This document shows positions 50,305 to 64,000 of a stretch of DNA of 64,000 nt, one piece after another. The translations under genes were made by a program, and so were the position numbers. Under the pieces are notes generated by a model that had not been told where the DNA came from, searched no databases, and worked only from the letters and a program-made list of their open reading frames with translations. This stretch comes from Sphaerodactylus townsendi (Eukaryota), in assembly GCF_021028975.2 (NCBI RefSeq), contig NC_059430.1, positions 104,904,001 to 104,968,000 of the forward strand, read 5' to 3'. The stretch's first letter is position 1, and the number at the start of each line of letters is the position of its first letter.

Positions 50305-50580
50305 GAGGAGTTGGGATTTATATCCCCCCTTTCTCTCCTCAAAGGGGCTTACAATCTCCTTGCCCTTCCCCCCTCACAACAAACACCCTGTGAGGTGGGT
50401 GGGTCTGAGAGAGCTCCGAAAAGCTGTGACTATCCCAAGGTCACCCAGCTGGCGTGTGTGGGAATGCACAGGCTAATCTGAATTCCCCAGATAAGCCTCC
50501 ACAACTCAAGCGGCAGAGCTGGGAATCAAATCCGGTTCCTCCAGATAAGAGTGCACCTGCTCTTAGCCACTACGCCACTG
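50305..50580 (-). mobile_element. tRNA-derived SINE, Squam3-type
   Basis: Full-length copy with head CAGTGGCGTAGTGGCTAAGAGCAGG on the reverse strand. Confidence 0.78.
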
Positions 50581-53500
50581 CCAGGATCAGAGCCTGCAGG
50601 AAAAGAAATCCTGAGGCAGGGAGAATCTCTTCAACTGCACACAAAATGTGTGGCGCAAGCTGAGGGTGACACTAACCAGACAGCAAAACAGTTGGGTGGA
50701 AACATAAGACGCCTCCTGAGGTCTGCATTCTGCACAGCCACGCAGGAGATGTCTTGAAGCGGCTTAGGGGGAAAGGGTGCACTTTGAAGTAGAAATAAGG
50801 CATCCTAAAGACATCTTGGCAAAAAGACTGTTTGGAGTGCCTTCCCAGCATGCCTTTTTTTGCATCCTCAGGATGCCCTATTTCAGTTGTGCGGAACAGA
50901 TCTTACATTGCTATGTTACAGAATTTTACCTCAGGATAAAGGTAAAGAAATAAAATAATGTATTTTTATTGAACTGCAATTTGGGAAAAGATCATATTCC
51001 TGCTTCACCTTTTGCTTGATATCGGTTAATGTATTTTACAAAACGCCATTTTGCCGTCGAACAGTACTGGTGCACCGCAGCTTGCCGCGTACATCTGGTG
51101 GCAGCAAGTGATCCAAGAATGGGCATAGTGAAATCTCTTAGTGGTAAATTCCGGGGTGGCTTTGACACATTTACCCATTATACAAGGAGTGCTTACCTCA
51201 GGACTCTTAGCTGAGCAGTGGGGCTGCAGTGTGGTCTCCTCAAGTTTCTATGTTTGCATGAGAGGAGGCAACCCAGTGCCTGCCCCACGGCTGCTTGCTG
51301 AAGTCTGCCAGATTTCCGCCACCAGATCTCGCCAGCGCAGCCTTCCGAATCAGAAATTTCAAAGGGCCAGATCTCAAGATTACTGTAACATATTCGAAGC
51401 CAGCTAAATTGCTATTGTTATGATATATTTGTTGTTGCGATTTATAATATTGATGCTTGCCAGCCCTCTGAAATAAATCTCCCCTCCAAATAAAGATTAA
51501 AATGATTACCACCGGACCATACACTGCTGAAGAGGGGGACCATGTGCTACAGCCGATTTCCATTCCCACTCCCCTGCCCCCCATACTCTCTCTCTCTCTC
51601 TCTCTCTCTGCTGCAGGAGAAGCTTGGTTTTATAAAGAGGCTTGTGTGAAATAACATTTTAAAAATTCCAGAAACAGATGCTGCTTGTACTGTGCCTTGG
51701 TAAAGACTTCTCTGGTGTTGTATCAAGATATCGCCATCTCGATATGAGAACGTAGAAAGCAGGAAGGAGCCGGCAACATGGAGGGGGCTCTCTTGTGGTC
51801 CGATCCTGCAAGTAATTGCAATTGGAGAAGTCAGTGGTGCCATGAGGCAACTGTAGTGTGGACATAGTGGTCTTAGGGGGATGGGTTACTTTTATATGGT
51901 CTCGTGTACTTCAAATGGAAAGCTACAGCATGTTTCCCCACCCCAAGCTGTGGCTTCTGCCCCCAAATCTGGCCACAGGGTGTTTCTGTTGACAGGACCG
52001 GTTCCCCCTGTTTTCTCTGGCTGCTAAAGGAGGTCGAGTTTTGTTTTTCCTCCATCAGGGTGTTTTTCTTTCCCATTAATCGGAGAGAACAAAAGAGTAG
52101 TCAGTTCCTTGTCCTCAAAAGGCACGGAGAAGTTATCCATGGCTTTGAGGAAAAGGAACTGGCTGTGTTGTGGCTTTAAGACTGTTGAGCACCAGGCTTG
52201 CAGCCAATTTGAAATGGCATTTTCCACCTCTGCCCTTTTTTGGTGACTCTGAAGGCATCTTCTCTAAATATTGCTGTAATTATACTAGTAGGCGTGACTG
52301 TGCAAATCAAGTTAGAGGTACCGGTAAATACTGAGGGCATTTTAGGGTTGAGCATTTGGCATTGAGCAACCCCATTGGGCTGCTGCCAACCACTGCGGTG
52401 CCATGTGCTTAACAGCAACAAGTGGTAACAGGGAAGCTTCATTTAAGAAAGGTCAAGAATTAAAAACTGGGTTCTTAGGAGAAGTTCCTTTAACTGGGCC
52501 TTTTGTGTTTGCTTGTTAAATAGTTAACAGTTCTCCTTTCAAGGCCCTTCTAGCACATTCAATTTTAAACAAAGTCTCTACTCTCCCTGGGCTTCAGTTT
52601 GACGGCAGAACTTCTATGCGCCAGCAACTACAACAAGCCCCATTGGTGGTCCTAAGGTTGCCAAGTCCAGGTTGGGGAATTACTGGAGATTTGTGGGCAG
52701 AGCTTGGAGACTTTGGATAGGGGAGAGAACTCAGTAGGGATGATTTGCTGTAGCTTGCCCTCTGTAGCTACCATGTTCTCCTAGCTACCATGTTCTCCAG
52801 GGAAACTGATCTATTTTGTCTGGAAATCAGTTGTAATTCTGGAAGAATTCCAGCTCAGCACCAGGAGATTGGCATTCCTGCACTCTCACAAGCTTGTTCC
52901 TGGCACCAGAGCTCCCACAGGGCTTTCCTTTCTGCCCCCTCCATTTCTCTGACCTCCCCACCATCACAAAAAAGCCATTTCTTATGGCCAGGGGCTGTTG
53001 GGAGATATAGTCCCTCAACATTTGTCCAGTACAGTCAAGGCTTGACTACAGTCATAGAAAGAGGGGGAAAGGCCTATCCTGTTAATGGAGGAGTAAAGAG
53101 ATATTGTTTACCTCCATGCCCTAAAAAGGCTTCAGACTGCACACTATTAAATAAGCAGGACCTTTTCATCCAAGTCTGTTGGCAACTCTAATTCCACTGC
53201 ACCCATTTTGGGTTCCCTTTTCCATTTCTGTTTCCCTCCTGATAGCTCATGAGTTGGAAAAGGGCAGAGAGCAAGTTAGTAATTTCTTTTGGTTCTGCCC
53301 TTTGACTGTCAGTGTCAGCCATGGCAGGATCCACCAGCCCCTTGCCCAATTTGTACCTCCCAAGAGCTGGCACCAAAAATAAGGTGCCATAAGTTTCAGG
53401 GAGTCCCTGTCTCCTACCCTTCAATCCCATTTTCTAAAATCCTCTCAAGCTTGCATTAAGCACCAACAGGCTTCGGGAATTAACAGATGTTTCTCCTTTC

Positions 53501-53745
53501 GTCTCTGGAGTAGCTTAAAAGCGAGGAAGCCGTGTTGTTGTTGAGGCAACCATAGCCTCCCTCAGCTACTGGGAAGTAATTGTGCAGAACATTTTTCCAT
53601 CCTCCTAGTGAATGCTCCATGAAATACAAACCTGGCTCCTTGAAGACAGGACAGCAGGTTCCTGCAAAGGTGAGCTTGGAAGTAGCACCTAAGGGGATGG
53701 CTGGAGATTCAGGTTGCCAGATCCCCAATGGTCATTGGCAGGCGA

Positions 53746-53964
53746 TAGGGTTGCCAGCTCCAGACTGGAAAATACCTGGAGATTCTGGGAGTGAAGCTTG
53801 AGGAACGAGGGTTTGGAAAAGGGGAGGACTTCCAATGGAGTATAATGCCATAGAGTTCAGCCTCCAAAGCAGCCATTTTCTCCAGGAGAATTTATCTCTG
53901 TCAGCTGGAGACAGGTTATAATCCCAGGAGATCTCCAGCTACCACCTGGAGGCTGGCAACCCTA
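53746..53964. mobile_element. hAT-Blackjack-like MITE, one of three clustered or nested copies at 53710-54150
   Basis: TIR TAGGGTTGCCAG / CTGGCAACCCTA. Related copies at ~10900-11120, ~12200, ~26860-27050 and ~52655. Confidence 0.65.
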
Positions 53965-54169
53965 GTGGGGGATGAGAATTAGGGTTGCCAGATTCAGATT
54001 GGGAAACTCATGGAGATTTGGGGAAGAAGCCTGAGGAGGACAGGGACCTTAGAGGGATATAGCGCCATAGAGTCCACCATCTAAAGCAACCATTTTATCC
54101 ATGGGATTGTCTGGAAATTAGCCATTATGCCAGAGAATCCCCAGGCAAGGTGAAGTGACATAGTTAATG

Positions 54170-54420
54170 GGCCAGTAAATCATCTGGACCCAGGCAAAGG
54201 GATCTGAGAGTCATAGTAGACCACATACTGAACATGAGCCAGCAGTGTGAGGCGGCAGCCAAGAAAGCCAATGCGATTCTGGGCTGTATCAATAGGAGTA
54301 TAGTATCAAGACTGAGGGATGTAATTGTAAAAAATTCTCTCTTATTCTGCATTGGTTGAGGCCCCTCACTCTGGAGATCATTGTCAGGTAACGGTTCTGG
54401 CAGGCAACCCGTAATTCAAG
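54170..54420 (+). mobile_element. CR1 RT fragment
   Basis: RDLRVIVDHILNMSQQCEAAAKKANAILGCINRSIVSR is typical CR1 ORF2. Confidence 0.8.
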
Positions 54421-55580
54421 AGGGAAAAATTAATGCGCACGCCTTTTACACTGAGCTTCAGCTACCGTGAAGAATCCTCTCTAATCTGGTTAAAGGGATT
54501 GCTCTAATTTATGCCGCCATAGTGACAGTTACCCTCTGATGTTTTTGGTGGGGAAATAACTTACCCAAGAACTTTAGCTGCTAGTAATTGAACCTGGGTC
54601 CATGTGTGTGCAAAACATGTTATAATACTACTGAGCCACAGTGGCCCTTCCATTAATTAAATTAGCTCGGCACTTTTCTAGGGTCTTAGCCATGAGAACG
54701 TTGTTCCGAACACAAGATCCTATCGCTGGAAATGCCACAGATCAACCACAAGACCTGCTGTACACACTCTGCCATTGAATTCAAATGTACAATTCCATCC
54801 CTGCCCCAGCTGAGATTTCAACAGAATTTGAGGGACTTCCCAAATACCATTTTACCTACTGAATTTGAGTAATCCAATTTTTCTCATCATTAAGCTGAGG
54901 CTTGAAAAGTCTCACTATAATTTAAAAAAAAAAACCCTCACACATATATACCATCTCTCTGTCACATTTGTATCTGGCCATTTTTTTCCAAGGAACTCAG
55001 AACAGCATGCATGGTTCCGCTTTCCCTGTGTTATCCTCACAACAGCCCGGAGGAGAGTTAGGCAGAGAGGTCACCCAGAACATTTCAGGGCTGAGAGGGG
55101 ATTCAAGTCCAGCATTGGAACTATCACTACACCATGTTTTTTTTCTAGTGTGGCTTATAATGAAAGGGAACTTTTCTCCTTAGAGCCCCACAAGCATTTC
55201 CCAGGCACGCAGTCTCAAGAATATTACTTTGCCACAGGAGGAGGGATGATGGTGATGGTGAAATGTGCTCTCTCCGCTTGGCTTTCTCCTTCCATAAACA
55301 TTTCCCATTCAGGGTGGGGCTCAGCTGGGTGAGTACGAACATCCCGGCTGGCCTCGCGGCTGCTTGCCTCAACATGGAATGAAACAGGTCTCTGGCTCAG
55401 TCTGTTGCTGAAAACAACTTGGCTGCTTCTCCAACAAGCCCCAACCAGTAGGATTCCACTTTTGCCAGAGCTTGCTTTCGACACTTGTTGGGGCTGAGCA
55501 ATCCTTCTTTTAGGGAGTGGGGGTGGTTTGCGTCCAATCTCACTCTGAGCTGCTCTGCGCCTTCCTTTCTCAGCTCCCAA

Positions 55581-58500
55581 ATGGCAGCGGACTCTATCTG
55601 GCATTACCAGTTCCGGATTATCATGCTGGGTGACTCCACGGTGGGCAAGTCCTCTCTCCTGAAGCGCTACGCCGAAGGGGTCTTCCAGGAGTCAATGAGC
55701 CAAACTGTAGGAGTGGATTTTTATGTCCACTTTTTGGAGATCAAGCCTGGCCTGCATATCAAGCTACAGTTTTGGGATACAGCCGGGCAAGAGCGGTTCA
55801 GGTGAGTTTGGAACAGAGGTCTACGCGTGTGTGTGTGTGTGTGCGTGTGTGTGTTAACCACTAGCAATATGAATTGCAGAGATACCAACTGGTTAATCTT
55901 CCCTTGACCCCTTCAAACCTCCACACAGGCCTGATTCATGCATACAGGAGAACAAGTTTGTAGAATTCAGACGCGCCAAAATGGGTTTTTGCGTACATCG
56001 TCCTTTTAATGCTTTCTGATGAAAAACATCCCTTTAAATTAAAAAAATCACACATCAGGAAAAAAGGGTCTAGCTAGGTTTTCAGCTCCTGGTTAGGAAA
56101 TTTCTGGAGATCTGGGAAGGGGCCACAGTTGATATATATACAGTCCACCCAGCAACACTGGCATTTTGTCCAGGGGAATGGATCTCTGTAGCCTGCTGTG
56201 GTAATGCTGGGAAATCTCCAGACTCCACCTGGAAGTTGGGAACCACAGCTCTAGCTATGCGGTGGTGTTTTTTCTATTTCCAAGGAACAACTAATGTTGG
56301 AAAATGTTATTTTGAAGTACTGTGGCCTATTTTACTATTTCAGCGCAGCGAGTGTTAGATTAGGCATAGGATAGTGCCTTTTACCAGGCTTAGATGTACA
56401 TGCACCCCTACTGGTCGAAGCTTTCATAGGCCTTTTTAAAGGCTTCTTAGCTGTATGATAAATCTTGTGATCTTTTTAAATATCACTAAACAAATGTCAT
56501 CCCTAGTCTTTCTCACCAATGGGGACCCAAAGCTGAATTGTTCTCATTCTACATTTTCTCCTCACTACTCTCCTCACAACTTCCCTGTGAGGTAGGTCTG
56601 GCTGTGAGTGTCACCCGGCAACCTTCTATGGCAGACTGGGAATCATCTATTAGAGACACATGACTGGTTGTTTAAAAGCTTTCTTATTACTTGTTATCTA
56701 TTGTGAAGATAACATGGTTCAGATTGCTCCAGTTCCCTTCATTTTTGGCATGACAACTTCCATCATCATTCCAGAACTGGTGGCCAGTTTTGAAACATGT
56801 AGCATTATTTTCTGATGAGTGCTGCCTGCCACAAACAGAGATTCTTTGCTTTCATTGCAAACAGCATGGGGAAAGGAGTTGTCTCGAGATAACCTGGGCT
56901 TGCATATTCCCATGGCTTTCACTTTAGACCCTAGAAAACTGAAGATGGTGGCCAGTTTTGTATCTTTTCGCTTTATTCTTTGATGAGATATGCCTGCTCT
57001 AAATGGTCAGACAAGCTGAGCTTTCTATCACTATAGATTCATGATATGTATGTATGATAGTGGTTTTGGATCAGAGTCATATGATGGGCAGGTAGAATTT
57101 TTGTCTGGGGACCCGTTGTGGCTCTTGGCATCCCTGATCCACCATGACTTCCATTGACAGTCTAAAGTGGTGAAGTACATTCTACCTGCTCAGGTCTCTG
57201 CCATCACATTCAATTTCTTCTGAATGCACGAACCACTCACTGTTGAGGCTATTGGGATAAGTCTGCAAGGTATTATATTTCAGCACGAACAAGACGGCTA
57301 GAATAAGCAGGACTGTGGAAAGCTAATAGATATGTCAAAAAATCCTTATAAAGAGATTTGACGGGGGAACTAAAGACTTCACTGATAAATCACTGTGGCT
57401 GTCCTTGAGAACACTCAATATTTAATAGAGAAAGGTGCATGCTTACAGCCTCATTCACCCCATCCCTTTAGCTAAACTGCTGGACCAGCATCATGAAGCG
57501 CTCCCAGATACAGAATGATACTGAATTGCTCAGTGAAAATATGGCAGCATAGTAAATCAATAAGCAGGGCATCTTCTGATACAGATGTGAGAATTCCATT
57601 TGGCTGATTAAAAGCAGGCAGGCAGAAGTATACTATTGAAAGGAGAAGGAGTATGGCAAAGATTGAAATATGGGAGGGCAGGATGAAAAGGAGTGAAGCA
57701 TGAGAGAAATGTCAGGTGTCCAGGGAGCAGAGAGGGAGAAAAACAGTACAGTAGCAACTTAATCAGCAATTGGGACTTAGGCTTGATCAGCACATACAGC
57801 AGAATCCTGAGGTGACAGGTTGTGTCACTGGAGATTGCAAGCAGGAAACACCACATTTAAATGCTCTTCACACATCAGAAAGGAAGGTTTCACCCGCTCT
57901 CCTCCCTGCTGCTGATTTTCCAGAGAGGAGAATTAAAAATCACGATCCTCTACATTACAATCTGAAATGACAGTCCATTCTGATACCTCAGGACAGGGTT
58001 GCAACCTCGGTGCATGTTCTGAATATGACTTAGCTGCAATTCACTCTATGGCAAGGCTAGTAACAGGACTCAATTGTACAACATTAGAAAGGCCTTTCAG
58101 CCTTGACCTTGCAAAAGGGCATAGCCAGTCAGAACGTTTCCTTGGTTGTGCAGGTTTGCCAGTTGCTTAAACAAACACATTTTTCAAGGAGTCCTACCCA
58201 GCTAAAAAGGTTGATTTCCCCTTTCTTTGAATGGTTGGGTTGATGAGAACTCAAAGCACATCTTTCTTGGGAATAGTACTACCGGCATTGACCCTGTGAA
58301 AGTCACTCCTGAGAGGAACCCATCTTCTTATTTTTGTAGCTTCTGCTTGCTACCTTGTCAAAACATGGCTATTTTGTGTCGTTAACTGAGCTGCTTTCCT
58401 GCAAGAATTTGGTGTTTTATGCTCTTTTTTTAAAAAAAATCTTAGATTACAAATTGATTGCTATATGCAGGTAGAAAAGCATTTTTGTGTATAAAATATT

Positions 58501-61420
58501 AAATAACTGGACATGTACAAATCTCATCAGGAGGAATTCTTCCAATTCTGGATGCTGAATTTCAAGATGGGTGTAGACAAATCAGAAAGGGTTTGGAGGA
58601 AGCCAGGAAAGGACTGAAAACATCCTCTGCGGAGACATTGTTGGGGATGTTTAGCTAGAACAGGGGTAGGGAACCTTTAACACTCAAAGAGCCATTTGGA
58701 CCCGTTTTCCACGGGAAAAGAAAACACTTGGAGCCACAAATAATTTTTGACATTTAAAATAAAGATAACGCTATATATATTGCGGGGGTTTTCTACCTTT
58801 TACTCCGCTCATTCTGAGAAGCGCATGGATGCGTCCACCCTGCTGCCTGCAGGGCGGGCAAGGATGGGGCCAGCGGCTCAGCCTTGCCGGCCGCCGGGAA
58901 AGCGCCCACCCCGCTCCAACAGGGCGGGTGAGAGGGGAAGCCCGTGGCACGGCCCAGCCAACCGCAGGCAGTTGGTGCGCCTGCCCTGCTGCCTGCAGGG
59001 CGGGCAAGGATGGGGCCGGTGGCTCTGCTCATGGAGCCGCAGTGCAAGGGCAGAAGAGCCGCATGCGGCTCTCGAGCCGCAGGTTCCCTACCCTTGAGCT
59101 AGAAGATGAGAAGATTGAGGAGACATGATTACCCTCATCAAATAGCTGAAGGGCTTTCCCAGGGAAGAGGACAAAAATGTGTTCTCTGATGCCGTGGACA
59201 GCAAAATGAGATTCAGTGGGTATTCAGTTACAGGAGGGAAGATTTTGGTTGAACATCAAGAGAAAATTCATAATCGTACAAGTAGTTTAACCATGGAACC
59301 AGTTACCTTGGGAGACGTGTTAGGTTCTCCCTCACTGGAGATCTTCAGGCAGAGGCTGGACAGTCATCTGTGGAGATTTTCTGGCTATTGATTCCCCCAT
59401 CCCACCCCACCCCCACACTTGAGGGAGGGAGGGAATTAGATGGCCCCTTCCAGCTCCAGGTTCTCTGGAATCATTTTTTTTAAAAAAATTTATTTTTCCA
59501 TATATAAAAGAAAGGAATAATACAGAAAAAAAGGGAAGGGGAAAGGGGGGGATACAATTGGAACAATAAGAGAATCTGGGTTAATAGCTTCTTTCACTGA
59601 AAAAACCTCAGTTACATTCAAAATAAAAAAGAAGCTCAATACATGTTGAACAACTTCTACATATACTCTTGCAAATAATTCATTTAGAATTATTTGTGAT
59701 CATCTATATATAATAAAAAGTTATATATATTAAGGCGCGCCTCTGATGGAGGTGGGGTGTGTGGCAGCAGCAGGCCCGGGGTGCTCCTGGCCTGGTGCCG
59801 GCTGCTGCCATGCTGCTGCCCGCCCCCCCAATCAGAGGCACATGCCTGCTCCCGGCCTCTGATAGAGGTGGGGTGGTGGCAGCAGCCGGCCCTGGTCTGG
59901 AGCCTGCCGGGCTCTCCTGGCCTGGCGTCGGCAGCTGCCGGGCCGCTCTCCCACCTCTATCAGTGACTGTGCCTGCTCTGGGAGGGGCAGGAACCGTTGT
60001 GATGCTTACACAGGGGACTACCTTTACTTTTGTCTAAAAAAGAAAATAAAGTGGATTTTGTGGTCAGAGTGCCAGACCCAAGTCTGAATCCTCACTCTGC
60101 CATGGAAGCTTATTGGGCGACCTTGGGTCAGTCATTCTCTGCTATGAGCATAAAATAGAGGAGATAAAAATAATGTAGAGTCCACTTTGGTTCCTCACTG
60201 GGGAGAAAGGCAGGGTATAAATGAAGCAACTGAACAGAGAAAAACAAAACATATTTTAAACTGCTGTGAACTCACTATAAAGCAAAGCAAAAAATAACCG
60301 ATATGGCACAGTAGACAAGAGAGCTGAAATTAGATTGGGGAGTAGGGCAGAGTTCAAATCCCCACTCAGCCGTGATGTTGGCCAGTCAGGTGACTTTGGA
60401 CTGGTCGGCTTAACCTACCTCCGGAGGCTCCTGCAAAGATAAATAAACAGGCAGAACTACATATGCTTAGGGTTGGTTTCCAGGAGACAAGGGTCACCAG
60501 GTGGGGACACAAACCCAACCTATGAACTCTGTCAGTTAAACATTACTGGCACGTTCTCTGTTTTTACCCACATTGCTTCCATTCTAATTTGGATGATGGC
60601 CTCATAAAGAAGGAGTTGCAGCCTTTCCCCCCTAAGAGGAAACGCTCCAGGGAAGTAATTATTTGGCCCTTTGTGAATGACTCGGGGACATAGAAATCAA
60701 CCCTTTATCTAGCGCAGGGGTCTGCAACCTGCGGCTCTCCAGATGTTCATGGACTACAATTCCTATCAGCCCCTGCCTACAATTCCCAGGGACTACAATT
60801 CCCAATTGACCATGCTGGCAGGGGCTGATGGGATTTGTAGTCCATGAACATCTGGAGAGCCACAGGTTGCAGACCCCTGATCTAGCCCCTTGAAGAAATA
60901 GCAGCATAAAAAATGAATGCAGGATGGCTACTTTTATGAAGCAGACTCAACTGAGAACAGAAATCCTTAACCAGGTGTTCCTTTCTTGTGATACAGATCT
61001 GTGACTCGCTCATATTACCGCAACTCAGCAGGTGCAGTTCTGATGTTTGACTTGACCAATCGAGCATCTTTTGAGAGCATCAAGAAGTGGCACCAGGAAG
61101 TTATGGAGACCGTCAAGCCTTATCATGTGGTCTTTGTGCTGGTTGGCCATAAAAGTGACCTGAAGGATGAATGTAAGGTTGAGCAAAAAGAGGCTGAGAA
61201 GCTGGCATCTTCACTGGGAGCAAAGTACATAGAAACATCCGCTAAGACCAGCCAGAACGTGGAGGAGGCTTTTCAGATATTGACCTTAGCCATCTATGAA
61301 GCACTGGAAAGTGGGAAGATGAGACCAAATGAACAATGGGATGGAATAAAATGTAAGTTACCACCTGAGGCACAGCTTAAGATACAGGAAGAGAGGAGAC
61401 AGAAGAAATGCTCATGCTAG
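55581..61420 (+). CDS. RAB39/RAB42-family GTPase (Rab-39B-like, rab42b-like); exons 55581-55801 and 60997-61420, 214 aa
   Basis: MAADSIWHYQFRIIMLGDSTVGKS, QTVGVDF, WDTAGQERFR|SVTRSYYRN, GHKSD, ETSAK and C-terminal CSC. Same phase-2 intron position as RAB42. Confidence 0.9.
58661..59096. mobile_element. Non-autonomous hAT-Charlie element inserted in a CR1 fragment (~58540-59460)
   Basis: TIR CAGGGGTAGGGAACCT / AGGTTCCCTACCCTTG. Perfect TSD AGCTAGAA (58653-58660, 59097-59104). CpG-rich interior. Confidence 0.88.
60715..60879. mobile_element. Palindromic hAT MITE
   Basis: TIR CAGGGGTCTGCAACCTG; TSD ATCTAGCG/ATCTAGCC. Same internal ACTACAATTCC core as 21237-21382. Confidence 0.85.
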
Positions 61421-63451
61421 CAGCATAGAACCTTTGGGAAACATGCAGGAGTTACTCAAGACCATCTCATAGTGCCACTACCCATTTTTATGGAAACCAA
61501 TGACAGTTGTGGGGGTGGCTTATTGGACAATGTTGGTCCTAAGGACACCCCCCCCCACACACACCATTTCTTATCAGTGAATCCAGGACACAGGAGAGCA
61601 GAACCCCCAAAAGAACAAAAACATGGACTTAATGCACATTTGGATTTGCTTGTACTGTGCATCTTTTAACTCAGCACATCACACATTTGTGGATTTGTGG
61701 AAGTATGGAAGTATGGAACACCTGCTCCTGAGCCACTCCACGTAGTGCTTTGCTTCACCTGTCCCAAGACTTGCTTTCTTCTGTCTTGCTAAGCAGGGAG
61801 CTGGGTTGAAATGTGGCCTTAACAGATCCTGCCTCTAAGGATATGTTGCACCACTGCCCCCCTCTCCTGGACCACCAGCTTAATTTCAGAACATCCCTTT
61901 CACTGACCGACTACAACTCATTCAACTTTCTTGCATTTAACTTCTAGTCAGCAGGCAGTAGAGCACCCAAACAGCAAAGTCTTTGGCTCTTGTCATGTGC
62001 CAGAGAGGATCCTTCTGAGTCTCTTGGTTGTTGTCAAATAATCAAAGCTAGACAAATAATAAAGCCATCCCTGTGACCTACAATTATCATAACTTTGAAA
62101 AGAGAGCTTGCAGATAAAGGTCAATGCCATTTCACTGTTACGTCTCTGCCTTTGTTATTTTAAGAGAAGTTCTACTGTTAAACAGGATAAGGATTATTAT
62201 ATATATATATAAACCTTTAATGGCATAATTAAAACAGCAGCAATATACCAGAAAAATGGCGACCTCAGTGTAATGATACAATCTCCAGTACAGTTATAAC
62301 CGTTTGCTGATGACAGAGCACAAAAAGTTAGCCAACGCTTCCAATACACTTGCAGAACCACAATCCAACATCGTTACCACCTGGTGATAGATTAATGTAT
62401 ATGTATTATTATCAATGGGGGTTTTTTAACCACTGAGGTTTAGATATTTATTCCTGAAAGCTCGCGGCTTTATTATAGCAGACGGTGTAAATATCCGCCG
62501 ATGACCCGGATTGATTCTTAAATGAAAGCAGGGGAAATAAGGATTATTATAAACCACCACAGAACCAGGAACATTTTGAGGGTTTTCTTTAGCTAAGCTG
62601 GCCCTAAAAATTTATTCACAGCATAAAAAATGTCAAGAGAAACACTAATGACTGTATTTTGGACATGGCTATCTGAATAGCTATTCTCAAAGCAAAACCT
62701 TTAGAACTGCAAGCTTGCACCTGGTTAACTATCAGAGCAGATGTCCCCTTGCCAGTTTCCTGAGTTGCTGTGCTGTTGGAAATCCACTGCATCTGAAGCC
62801 ATGACAGCATGAAAACAGGAAATGGCAACTACTAGATTGCAGCCAAACAGAGAAGTATTCTTCCCAAATTCCCCTTTTGCACACCCATCCCTTTTCTCCC
62901 TTAGAAAGCTATCCAAGGTCCTGTAATGAAAAGTCTGCAGGGATCCTCAAGAAGGGGGGATTTTAACAGTCTTTCCACACTCCCCAGACTGTGTCTTTGG
63001 GGGTGGGCTTAAAGAGACTTCAGTAGGAATAGGATATCCAATGTATCATGCTGGCAGGTGGTTGAATGCAGTCTACTGAAGCATTTTCATATCCAACACT
63101 GCAAAGGGGTGGGGGAGAGAGCATAGACATCTATTGAGTTACGCTGGTAGTTCTGAAACCAAGATCACAAGTCTATGGACATTCACTTAGAAGTAAGCAC
63201 CACTTCCTAAGTAACTATTAGCTCAGGCGGCATAACATCATTCCTATATTGCAGGCTGTGTATATTTGCTTTTAAAAAATCTGTATTCAACAACCTACCT
63301 AAATTGTGTATATCTCTACAATGTATGCAGCTCGTGCAGAATGTCTGAAGATCTATGGAAAGCACAGAAGCCCTGCCAGAAATCCTGCCGTAAGAGTTCA
63401 CCTGCTCTTCAGAGGTTAACTTGGTACTTGGAAGGGATAGAAACTGGTTAG

Positions 63452-63733
63452 AGGAGCCCAGTGGTGCAAAGGAGTAAGCTGTAGTACTGCAGTCAAAGCT
63501 CTGCTCACAACCAGAGTTCAATCCTGACAAAAGGCAGGTCAGGTAGCTGGCTCAAGGTTGTCTCAGCCTTCCATCCTTCCAAGGCCAGTAAAATGAGTAC
63601 CCAGTTTGATGGGGGGAAACTGTAGATGACTGGGGAAGGAAAAGGCAAACCACCCTGCAACCAGTCTGCCTAGTAAACATTGTGAAGGTGATATTACCCC
63701 GTGGTACTTGTACAGAGAATTACCTTTACTTTT
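63452..63733 (+). mobile_element. Sauria SINE
   Basis: tRNA-like head, CTCAGCCTTCCATCCTTCC...TAAAATGAGTACCCAG core, GGCAAACCACC, and a (TACCTT)n-type tail. Confidence 0.8.
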
Positions 63734-64000
63734 TAGAAACTTGTTTTTATTTTTTAAAGAGAACTCAAGATACTCTCAGAATACTAATTCTGTATTTGCA
63801 TATCACAATTACAAAAAAAGAAAGGAAAAAGCAGAGCACTAATTGAAGCAAGTGTGATATTCCAGAACATAAAGCCTTCTCCACCTTAACAAGGGCTTTG
63901 ATTACGTACGTCCGAAAAATGAAGGCTCCAGCTGCTCTGCTGGTTTTCATGAGGCAAAAATATAGTTAGACAATGCTGAATACATTAACATCGTTCTGAA

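Noticed and set aside
1-64000. CRISPR arrays, tRNA genes, prokaryotic operons
   Set aside because: Vertebrate DNA with spliceosomal introns. There is no repeat-spacer array, and the tRNA-like segments are SINE heads.

Overview
Eukaryotic genomic DNA from a squamate reptile, most likely a gecko, judged by Squam3-type and Sauria SINEs, SPIN, Penelope and CR1 repeats. All genes are on the + strand. (1) An 11-exon, 544-aa papain-family cysteine protease of the 26/29-kDa-proteinase/CfaD type (12862-24099). (2) A TATA/5'TOP-promoter, non-coding snoRNA host gene matching SNHG12 (~27697-39960), carrying SNORA16, SNORA44, SNORA61 and SNORD99 in the order I recall for human. (3) In intron 1 of that host, a 5.08-kb hAT transposon (28117-33194) with both TIRs, a perfect 8-bp TSD and an uninterrupted 719-aa KIAA1586-like transposase ORF in sense orientation, preceded by a splice acceptor and followed by AATAAA. 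(4) RAB42 (44736-48612). (5) A tandem RAB39/RAB42-family paralog, rab42b-like (55581-61420). The best candidate for an undescribed system is this exon-trap hAT transposase captured by a 5'TOP snoRNA host gene. Family names come from my recollection of reference sequences, not database searches. Most short ORFs in the supplied track are spurious.
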